DNA of 63,214 bases from Acidobacteriota bacterium (GTDB lineage Bacteria > Acidobacteriota > Vicinamibacteria > Vicinamibacterales > UBA2999), in NCBI GenBank assembly GCA_003222635.1, contig QHWQ01000021.1, positions 1,737 to 64,950 on the forward strand, given 5' to 3'. Of the stretch, positions 21,926 to 30,050 are shown in pieces. Every line of letters starts with the position of its first letter. Position 1 is the stretch's first letter. A program made the position numbers and the translations under genes. The notes below the pieces were generated by a model that saw only the letters and a list, made by a program, of their open reading frames with translations, was not told the origin of the DNA and made no database searches.

Positions 21926-23916
21926 AACGCGGAATGCGCTGTCGGCTGAAGGTCGCGGCGGACGAGAACCCGCAGGCGCACGTCGCGACCGAAATCGAAC
22001 GTTCCACGATCTTCGTACCGCGACCGCAGAAACGCATCGAGTGCCGGGAACGACGCGGCATAATCCGCCGTGTAGACCGGTTCAGGCGGCTCGAAGACAA
22101 TCGGAACGGGGTGCGCCGCGATGCCCTCGATGACCGTCCGTTGATCCTCCGACCCGGTGAAGTAGTGCGGTCGAATCCATACCTGTCCGCCCGCGAAACC
22201 GCGCGCTGACAGGAAATACAGTTCCTGCAGATAGCCAACCGCAAGCACGCGGTCCGTGGGCCTGGTGCACGCGTTCACGTACCGCGCGACGCGCGTGATG
22301 CCCGGGTCGTCACCAAAGGCGGCGACGGGTGGATCCGTGGAGAGCAGCGCGTAGACTTCCGACGCCCGGTGCCGCACGCCTGACACGCCGCTGAATGCCC
22401 CCGCCTGCCTGAGCTGCGCGGACACCTGTTCGATCGACTGGGTACTGAGAATCGTCAACAGCAACAGCACGCAAGTCGCCGCAATGCCGAGGAGGCGCAG
22501 CGGCCGCCGCGACGCGTTGATCATCACCGCCACGAGCCACGCGGCAAGAACGCCGGTGACTTCCGTCACGTCAGCGAGCCGCGACGTCAGACTGCCCCGC
22601 AGGAAGCCGCGATCGATGAGCACGGCGAGCAGGACGACGATGGCCATTTTCTCCGCGCCGCGCGTCCATCGCTCCGGAGACGGCGCCTCCGCGCGTCGCA
22701 GCAGCGCGATCATCGCGGCCAGTGGCAGACCCCACATCAGATAGTAGAGAAACGGCGCCGCGTTTTCGGCGCGCAGAACTCCCGGCAGCACGCGATAGCG
22801 TGTTGCCGCCGCGCCCAATCGTTCGATGGCCGTCGGCTGACGCGCGTAGGCCGGATCGTTGATGACGAAGAGCGACCGGTCGATGCCCTGCGTGTCGGCA
22901 ATCGCCGGCTCGGTGACGATCGCCTGCAGGCGCTGCCGTGACCAGTCCGTCAGCAAATACGTGCGCACACCGGATGGACGCACGTCGAACAGACGCAGCC
23001 CGTGCCGCCGCTCGTCCTCCTCGCGCGTGCGATCCGTGACCGCCGCTGCCCATCGCACGTTGACGTGTGGCAGCTGCGGCGGCCGTTCGACTCGAACCAC
23101 GGCTGGCATCGACCAGTCGAAGCTGAAACGCGGGCGCTGCAGCGTCGTATGCGGCAGCTCGGCCTGGATGAACGACCCGAACGCGCGGAAGTAGTGGACG
23201 ACGCCGCCGTGCGCCTGCATCCAGATCAGATACGGCGACAGCGCGGCGGTCGTCATCGCGGCAAGCAGGACGGTCTCCGTCGCCGCGCGTCGCAGCGTCC
23301 TGTCATGGGCGACGACCACCGACGCCGCTCCGGCAACGAAGATGTAGATGCCGTGATCGTGCCGCAGGAGGAAACCGAACGCGATGCTCAGCGCCATGAG
23401 CGCGAGCGATCGCCGCGTCGGCCGGTCGATGTACCACCAGCACACGGGGATGGCCACGGCATACGCAAGCAGCTTCGGGTAGTTGTACAACCGCGGCGCC
23501 ATGGCGATCTGCAGGAGAGCGATCGCGACGGCAATCGCCGTCGACCCGCTCGCGCGGCGTGCGAGCCAGAACAGCGCCGCGCAGCTGAGGCCGAGCAGTC
23601 CCATCGTCAACACGGCTTCCGCGAACAACGTATGCCCGAAGGTGAGGAGACTCGCCGCCGACAGCATCACCGGCAGGGGCTGTCCCTGATCCCAACCTGG
23701 CAGCGGCATGTCGCCGAGCACGACCTGCTGCGCCTCGGACAGCGTGACGAACTCATCGTTCTCGAAGCCACCGAGCGGACCGCCGAGCGCCCCGAAGCGG
23801 TAGACGCACGTGAGCGCGGCGAGGAATGCGCCGATGCAAATCAGGACCGCGACACGCCCGCGCGCGCGCGATGTAGGTACAACTCTCCCAAGCGAGAGCG
23901 CTTGCGCATTGGACAT
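21901..23916 (-). CDS. Multi-pass membrane protein, probable GT-C fold glycosyltransferase (paralog 1)
   Basis: GGFENDE acidic motif after first TM, APRLYNYPKLL, LLRHDHG, SRLADV; many TM segments. Confidence 0.65.
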   Translation of the reverse strand: MSNAQALSLGRVVPTSRARGRVAVLICIGAFLAALTCVYRFGALGGPLGGFENDEFVTLSEAQQVVLGDMPLPGWDQGQPLPVMLSAASLLTFGHTLFAEAVLTMGLLGLSCAALFWLARRASGSTAIAVAIALLQIAMAPRLYNYPKLLAYAVAIPVCWWYIDRPTRRSLALMALSIAFGFLLRHDHGIYIFVAGAASVVVAHDRTLRRAATETVLLAAMTTAALSPYLIWMQAHGGVVHYFRAFGSFIQAELPHTTLQRPRFSFDWSMPAVVRVERPPQLPHVNVRWAAAVTDRTREEDERRHGLRLFDVRPSGVRTYLLTDWSRQRLQAIVTEPAIADTQGIDRSLFVINDPAYARQPTAIERLGAAATRYRVLPGVLRAENAAPFLYYLMWGLPLAAMIALLRRAEAPSPERWTRGAEKMAIVVLLAVLIDRGFLRGSLTSRLADVTEVTGVLAAWLVAVMINASRRPLRLLGIAATCVLLLLTILSTQSIEQVSAQLRQAGAFSGVSGVRHRASEVYALLSTDPPVAAFGDDPGITRVARYVNACTRPTDRVLAVGYLQELYFLSARGFAGGQVWIRPHYFTGSEDQRTVIEGIAAHPVPIVFEPPEPVYTADYAASFPALDAFLRSRYEDRGTFDFGRDVRLRVLVRRDLQPTAHSAFQDLPCFS

Positions 23917-23955
23917 CTGGGGGAATCCGAGGGGGAGTATACCTAAGATCGGCCA

Positions 23956-26013
23956 TTGAGTGACTGGCGCGTCGGTGCCATCTACAATCCCTACGAAGTG
24001 CCGTTCACGTACGACGCACCGTTGACTCCGGTTCGCCAGCGCGTCAACGGCCGCACGATTGCCGTTTCGATTATTGCCTCCGGGTTGGTCGCCGCCACGA
24101 TGCTGTATCGAGTCCTCGCCATGGGGGGGCCCCTGGGAGGCTTCGAGAACGATCAGTTCGTCACCCTGTCCCAGGCGCAGCAAATTGTCATGGGTGACTG
24201 GCCGGTACGCGATTTCGTCGCGCTCGGCAAGCCCTTGACGCTGCTCTTGTCCGCATTCGGCCAGGTGTTTCTCGGGCGAACGCTGCTCGCGGAAGCCGTG
24301 CTGACGTCAGCGTTCCTGGGCGTCTGCGCGGCGGTCCTCTTTGTCATGGGCTGTCGCGCCTCGGGGTCGATCGTGATCCCGCTGCTGGTGGCGCTGATGC
24401 AGATCGCCATGGCGCCGCGCTTCTATAACTATCCGAAGCTCCTCGCCTACGCGATGGCCATCCCCGCCCTGTGGTGGTACATCGACCGTCCCGACCGGCG
24501 GCGGCTCGCCGTTCTCGCGCTTGTCGGCGTCCTGGCGTTTCTCCTTCGCTACGATCACGGTGTCTACGTGGGCATCGCGGCGATCCTCGCGGTCGCGCTC
24601 GCATGGCGGCTGGACGTGCGGCGGATGGCGACCGACATTGCGCTCCTGGGGGCGATGGCGTTCGCGCTCGTGGCTCCCTACCTCGTGTTCATTCAGTTGA
24701 ACGGCGGGCTCGTCGAGCATTTTCAATCGTTCGTTCGCTACGCCACGCAGACCGCATCGCGCACCGCCTATCGTCCGGTGGACATGTCACTCGATTGGTC
24801 ACAACCGTTCGTCACGCGCGTGCCGACCTTGCGCGACGGGCCGCGGATCAACGTGCGATGGGTGCCGGGCATGGCGCCGGCGCAACGCGCCGCGCGTGAG
24901 GAGGCACTCGGCCTCGTGGAGCCGGAGCCTATTCGGGCGGACGTCGTCAAGTACGCGTTGCTGGACTCGTCTCCAGCGCGTCTCGCCGCCATCGTGACCG
25001 ATGCGGCGATTGCCGACACCTCGGGAATCGATCGCGACACGTTCGTGATCAACGATCCGTTCTATACACACGTGCCCACGCCGGGCGACCGGTTCGTGGC
25101 GTTCATGACAAGCGTGCGGATATTGCCCGGCATCTTTCGTCCGGTGAACGCAGCGCCGTTTCTCTTGCACCTGATGTACTTGATACCGCTCGCCGCGCTG
25201 ATACTCGTGCTTGCGGGAGGCGCCGGTTCGGCAACGATGGCGGCAGGCAGGCCATCGACGGCGAAGATTGTGGTGCTTGTCGTATTGACGCTGCTTGTCG
25301 AACGGAGCTTTCTGCGCGGCAACCTGCCGTCGCGGCTGGCGGATGTGAGCGAACCAGTCGGCATCCTTGCGTGCTGGGTCGCCGCGGCGATGCTGCTGCG
25401 ATCGTCACGTTGGGGCACGTGGCTCGCGGCGGGCTCGCTGCTCGCCGTGTTCGCGGCCTCGGCGGCGAGCGTCGAAGCGCTGGAGAATGTGTCCGGACAG
25501 GTACGGCAGTCGGGCATCGTCACGGGTGAGGTCCGCGATCGTGCGGCTGGTGTCTACACGCTGCTCACGGCGCAGCCGCCCGTTGACGCCTGGCCTGCCG
25601 ACACCGTCGGCATGGAGGCCCTCGCCCGCTACGTGCGCAGCTGCACCGCTCCAACCGATCGTGTGCTCGCCGTCGGGTACATCCCCGAGCTGTTCTTCAT
25701 GGCATCACGCCAGTTCGCCGGTGGCCATGTGTGGATTCAGCCTCGTTTCTTCAACACCGCCGGGCACCAGGCGTTGATGATCGACAGGATCCTGAGCTAT
25801 CGCGTGCCCATCGCGATCACCGTGGCCGAGCCCGAGTACACGGCCGATTATGTGAAGAGTTTTCCGGCGCTCACGAACATGTTGCACCGCGAGTATCAGG
25901 AGGCTGCGACCGAGGACTTCGGACGCGGTTTTCGATTCCGGATCCTGATCCGGCAGGGGATCACGCCGACGCGGACCTACCAACCGAGCCATCTGCCGTG
26001 CTTCTCATCGTGA
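23956..26013 (+). CDS. Multi-pass membrane protein, probable GT-C fold glycosyltransferase (paralog 2; start may be GTG 23998)
   Basis: GGFENDQ, APRFYNYPKLL, LLRYDHG, SRLADV; collinear with paralog 1, both ending LPCFS(S). Confidence 0.65.
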   Translation: MSDWRVGAIYNPYEVPFTYDAPLTPVRQRVNGRTIAVSIIASGLVAATMLYRVLAMGGPLGGFENDQFVTLSQAQQIVMGDWPVRDFVALGKPLTLLLSAFGQVFLGRTLLAEAVLTSAFLGVCAAVLFVMGCRASGSIVIPLLVALMQIAMAPRFYNYPKLLAYAMAIPALWWYIDRPDRRRLAVLALVGVLAFLLRYDHGVYVGIAAILAVALAWRLDVRRMATDIALLGAMAFALVAPYLVFIQLNGGLVEHFQSFVRYATQTASRTAYRPVDMSLDWSQPFVTRVPTLRDGPRINVRWVPGMAPAQRAAREEALGLVEPEPIRADVVKYALLDSSPARLAAIVTDAAIADTSGIDRDTFVINDPFYTHVPTPGDRFVAFMTSVRILPGIFRPVNAAPFLLHLMYLIPLAALILVLAGGAGSATMAAGRPSTAKIVVLVVLTLLVERSFLRGNLPSRLADVSEPVGILACWVAAAMLLRSSRWGTWLAAGSLLAVFAASAASVEALENVSGQVRQSGIVTGEVRDRAAGVYTLLTAQPPVDAWPADTVGMEALARYVRSCTAPTDRVLAVGYIPELFFMASRQFAGGHVWIQPRFFNTAGHQALMIDRILSYRVPIAITVAEPEYTADYVKSFPALTNMLHREYQEAATEDFGRGFRFRILIRQGITPTRTYQPSHLPCFSS

Positions 26014-26020
26014 GACAGCG

Positions 26021-26939
26021 GTGACGCTCCGCGAGCTTGGATGGAGCGATCGGTTTGCCGCCGCGTACCAACCGTGGGAATCGAAGATCGACATCCAGCC
26101 CGGACGCGTCGCGATCGAGTTCAACCAGATTTTTCGCATCTACGTCGACGGCGGGGAGATCGACGCCGTCACCGCCGGACGCCTGAAGCATCGTGCGCGC
26201 GGGCGCGTCGAGCTGCCGGCCGTCGGCGACTGGGTCGCGCTTCGCAAACGTCCCGAAGAAGATCGCGGCGTCATCGTGGAAGTCCTGCCGCGCCGCAGCG
26301 CCTTCACGCGCCGCGCGGCCGGCGAACCGACCGGCGAGCAGGTGGTCGCCGCCAACGTGGACGTGGTGTTCGTCGTGATGGGGCTCGATCGTGACTACAA
26401 CCATCGCCGGCTCGAGCGCTACCTGCTGATGGCGCGCGAGAGCGGCGCGTCGCCGGCCATCATCCTCACCAAGCCGGACCTCTCGTCCGATCTGTCCTCG
26501 CAGCTCAACGACGTGACGACGCTGGCGGGAGATGTCATCGTACACGTGGTCAATCCGAAAGCGGGAGAAGGGCTCGATCACGTGCGGCGGCATCTCGCGC
26601 CGGGGCGTACGGCGGCGCTGCTCGGATCGTCCGGGGTAGGGAAGAGCACGATCATCAACCGGTTGGTTGGCGAAGACGTCCGCCGCACGCAGGAAGTGCG
26701 CGCGGCCGACTCGCGCGGCCGCCACACGACCTCGCATCGTGAGCTCGTCGTGCTGCCGGACGGTGGGCTGATCATCGACACGCCGGGGATGCCGCGACGA
26801 GCCGCGATGCGCCGTCAAGGCCGCCGTCGCCGAAGGAACGGTTTCAGCCGATCGGCTCGACAGCTACCTCAAGGTGCAGGACGAGCTCGCGGAGCTGGCG
26901 CGCCAGCAGGAGGAGCGGGCGCGGAAGATGAAGCGCTAG
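26021..26939 (+). CDS. rsgA: Ribosome small subunit-dependent GTPase A; deletion/frameshift near 26792
   Basis: AVGDWV, AANVD, GSSGVGKST, GRHTT, DTPG; C-terminus EPRCAVKAAV...RLDSYLK...MKR* lies in another frame ending 26939; start of the zinc finger missing. Confidence 0.92.
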
Positions 26940-28038
26940 GCGGCGGAGGGGCGGGTGGAAGCAGCAGATCCGCTTGCGGAATAGGCTTCGGCCCCGACGG
27001 ATACCTCGATTGATAGACCGGTGCGTCCGGCAGCCGCGGCATATCCGCGCTCACGAACTGATCGACCGGCATCACCCAGAGTCCGCCGAGCAGCACCACC
27101 ACCAGCAGCGCCACCGCCATCAACACAAGACGCCGCCGGCTTGGCGCCGCGGCTGTCCCCGTTGAGGCTTTTGCGGCTTTCCGCTTCGGGCGGCCGGTCG
27201 CCGGAAGACGCAATCCCAGACTCGCTGCCCCCTCCTCGACGATCGCCGGCGTCAGCCGGTTCACACGCATCTGCGCCGCCTGCATCAGCGAGCGATCGCA
27301 GAGCAGGTTGATGATGCGCGGCACGCCGCCCGTGAAGGCGTGCACGAGATCGAGCGCGGCGGGTTCGAAGGTGACCGCCGTCGATCCGCGCGCGACCCAC
27401 AGCCGATGCGCGATGTAGGCCTCGACCTCCTCGCGGTTGAGCGGCTTGAGCGTGGCGCGAATCGAGATGCGCTGATCGAGCTGCCGCATCTCCACCGCCG
27501 CGAGCATGTCGAGCAGGTTCAGCTGGCCGACGAGCACGATTTGCAGCAGCTTCGATTCGTTCGTCTCCAGGTTGGAGACGATGCGGATCTGCTCGAGCAC
27601 CTGCGGCGAGAGGTGCTGCGCCTCGTCGATGATCAGCACCGCGCTGCCGTGAATCGGCATCAGCGAGAGCAGGAACTCGTGCAGCGTGCTGATGAGCGCG
27701 TGCTTGCTCGCGGTGGCGATGCGTCCGCTGCGCACGCCCTCGCGCGAGACGACGCCGAAGTCGAGCAGCACTTCGCGCAGCAGCTCTTCGACCGACAGAA
27801 ACGGATTCAGAATCAGCGACGTGAAGACGCTCGCGTCGAGCTGCTCGAGAAGCGCCCGGCAGCTCGTCGTCTTGCCGGTGCCGATGTCGCCCGTGAGGAC
27901 GATGAAACCTTCCTTGCGGCGGATGGCCTGCTGCAGGAGGGTGATCGCTTCGTCGTGCGATTCGCTGCGGTAGAGGAACCGCGGATCAGGTGTCAGCGTG
28001 AACGGCGGTTGTACGAAGCCGAAATACTGCTCGTACAT
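26869..28038 (-). CDS. ExeA/GspA-family AAA ATPase with C-terminal TM anchor and Pro-rich tail
   Basis: MYEQYFGF..PF.LTPDPRF, Walker A GDIGTGKT, Walker B LIIDEAQ, GVPRIINLLCD. Confidence 0.88.
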   Translation of the reverse strand: MYEQYFGFVQPPFTLTPDPRFLYRSESHDEAITLLQQAIRRKEGFIVLTGDIGTGKTTSCRALLEQLDASVFTSLILNPFLSVEELLREVLLDFGVVSREGVRSGRIATASKHALISTLHEFLLSLMPIHGSAVLIIDEAQHLSPQVLEQIRIVSNLETNESKLLQIVLVGQLNLLDMLAAVEMRQLDQRISIRATLKPLNREEVEAYIAHRLWVARGSTAVTFEPAALDLVHAFTGGVPRIINLLCDRSLMQAAQMRVNRLTPAIVEEGAASLGLRLPATGRPKRKAAKASTGTAAAPSRRRLVLMAVALLVVVLLGGLWVMPVDQFVSADMPRLPDAPVYQSRYPSGPKPIPQADLLLPPAPPPPSASSSAPAPPAGAPAPRARPAP

Positions 28039-28116
28039 CGACGCGTCGCGGGTCTGCGCGGTGGCCTGGGAACTCACGCCCACGCCAATATAACAGGGAA
28101 TGCCTATAATCCCGGC

Positions 28117-29153
28117 ATGATCGCGCTGCTGATTCTGCTGTCGCTGCTCGCGCTTCCGCATCCGGCCATGGCGCAGGCCCGCGCACAGGCGCCGCCATCC
28201 CGTCCGCCGGCGACGCGCCCGCAGCCCGCGCGGCCGCCTGCGCCCGCGGATACCTATTTCGTCAGCACGCTGTCCGCGGCGGAAATCCAGAACAAGCAGG
28301 CCGTGATCGAGACGCCGATGGGCACCATCGTGCTCGACTTGCTCGCCGATGCCGCGCCGAATCATGTCGCGCACTTCATCACGCGCGCCCGCGAGGGTGC
28401 GTATGACGGCACGATCTTTCATCGCGTGATCCCGAACGGGATCATCCAGGGAGGCGATCCGCTCTCCACAGATCCCGCGCAAAGTGCACGCTACGGCACA
28501 GGTGGCATGCGGGAGCTGCGCTTCGAACGGAACAGCGAGCAGATGTCGCGCGGCGCGGTGGCGGCCACGCTCGCGCCGGGGATGCCCGACAGCGGCGGCT
28601 CGCAGTTCTTCATCTGCATCTTCGACCAGCTGCCGCTCACAGGTCAGTACACCGTGTTCGCCCGCGTGGCCGAAGGGCTGAACGTCGCGCAGAAGATCTC
28701 GCAGGTGGAGGCCGACAACACCGTGCCGAAGCAGCGCGTCGCCATGACGAAGGTGACCATTCGCGACAAGCCAGCGGCTGGTCCCGAGCCGTTCGCGACG
28801 GAAACGGCGGAGGAGCTGTCGAAGTATCGCGCGGTGCTCGAGACGTCGATCGGGAACATCACCTTCCAGTTCTTCCCGGACAAGGCGCCGAATCACGTGC
28901 GGAACTTCCTGCGCCTCGTCGATGATCAGCACCGCGCTGCCGTGAATCGGCATCAGCGAGAGCAGGAACTCGTGCAGCGTGCTGATGCATCGTCCTCGCG
29001 CGTACGCCGGTGCTCGACGGGAAATACACGGCTTTCGGCAAGGTGGTGGAGGGCATGGAGGTCGTCGAAAAGATCGAAGCCGTTACCGTCAACGGCGAGA
29101 CCCCCGTCAAGCGCGTCGAGTTGAAGAAAGTAGCCGTAACGAAGATCCCGTGA
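28117..29153 (+). CDS. Secreted double-cyclophilin peptidyl-prolyl isomerase; second domain interrupted at 28909-28987
   Basis: Signal peptide; APNHV..F, YDGTIFHRV, QGGDP, GSQFFI; second APNHVRNF, then LDGKYTAFGKVVEGMEVV in a shifted frame ending TGA 29153. Confidence 0.88.
28909..28987 (+). repeat. Exact 79-bp direct copy of 27616-27694
   Basis: CTGCGCCTCGTCGATGATCAGC...CAGCGTGCTGATG identical at both loci. Confidence 0.92.
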
Positions 29154-29438
29154 ATTGCGGACGTCCAGCCCCGGAGTAAGGGTAATGCTCGGTTTCGTTC
29201 GGTACTGCTTGCTGGAACGTCCCTCGACGAGCAGGTGGACGTGATCGGGCATGAAGCAGTACGCCAGAACCGCAAACGAACAGTCGCGTGCGGCGCGCGA
29301 AATCTGCTCCAGCACAAGGGCGACGGCGTCGGCGGTGATGAAGACCGGCGAACGCTCAAACGTGCAGAACGTCAAGAAATATGCGTGGAAGCCGATGTAA
29401 TCGAAGACGCGAAGATGCTGCGGCTGCCGCGGTCGCAC
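29154..29438 (-). mobile_element. REP-associated tyrosine transposase (RAYT, HUH/Y1 family), internally deleted
   Basis: FDY.G..AYFLTFCT, AYCFMPDHVHLL (HUH); C-terminal YPYSG present in another frame; catalytic-Tyr segment missing; REP immediately upstream. 3' end approximate. Confidence 0.85.
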
Positions 29439-29450
29439 GCCAGGGACGGC

Positions 29451-29465
29451 GCAATTCGCGTTCCA
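29451..29465 (-). promoter_or_regulatory. Putative sigma-54 promoter of the RAYT gene
   Basis: TGGAAC-GCGAA-TTGC; predicted +1 (~29439) coincides with GTG 29438. Confidence 0.45.
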
Positions 29466-29466
29466 C

Positions 29467-29489
29467 GTGGCGTCCGGCTTTAGCCGGAC
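29467..29489 (+). repeat. REP copy flanking the RAYT
   Basis: GTGGC-GTCCGGCTTTAGCCGGAC. Confidence 0.88.
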
Positions 29490-29532
29490 GTCCGCCATCA
29501 TCTCGATCTACTATTCGGCCCGGAGGGCGGAT

Positions 29533-30042
29533 ATGAGAGGCATTCTGATCGGCGCGCTCGGCGCGACCGTCGTTGTCGTCGCGCTCATGGCGCAGGGCGG
29601 GAGCAACGCGAATCCGAAACCGACCTGCAACATGTGCCCGGGGACCTACATTCCACTGTCGGAGCTCGACGCCTATCGGCAGAAGGCGATCAAGGAGAAC
29701 CTGGTCGATCAGCAGGTGCGCGACATCGACGGGACGGCGACGCTCAAGCTGGGGCCCGCCATCACCAACATGGTGCGGCGGCCCGCCACGCAGGAAACCG
29801 TGCGCCTGTTCAACGGGCCGGGCAACAACGGCTCCGAGATCACCAACGGCAAGAGCTACAACCTCAAGCCGGGCGATGTCATCGTCATCCCGGCCGGCAC
29901 AGGGCATCAGTTCACAAAAATCGACGACCACATTGACTATCTGATGGTGCGCATCGATCCTGACAAGGTGACGCCACTCAGGGATGAAGCCGCATCCCAG
30001 CAGTATCTGAAGACCGGCAAACAGCCGGGGGCGTCCAACTAG
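29533..30042 (+). CDS. Secreted cupin-fold protein (probable in-frame deletion near 29730)
   Basis: GGAGG RBS, signal peptide, CNMC, LKPGDVIVIPAGTGHQF motif 2; the His/Glu-bearing motif 1 is absent. Confidence 0.75.
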   Translation: MRGILIGALGATVVVVALMAQGGSNANPKPTCNMCPGTYIPLSELDAYRQKAIKENLVDQQVRDIDGTATLKLGPAITNMVRRPATQETVRLFNGPGNNGSEITNGKSYNLKPGDVIVIPAGTGHQFTKIDDHIDYLMVRIDPDKVTPLRDEAASQQYLKTGKQPGASN

Positions 30043-30050
30043 CACGCATC

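Noticed and set aside
26869-28953. 694-aa ORF with a duplicated Walker B segment at its N-terminus
   Set aside because: Created by the 79-bp duplication plus antisense read-through of the cyclophilin gene; the real ATPase starts near 28038.
29157-29495. 10-bp inverted repeat GCGGACGTCC/GGACGTCCGC flanking the RAYT as IS ends
   Set aside because: Short, GC-rich and partly self-palindromic; HUH transposases do not use terminal inverted repeats.
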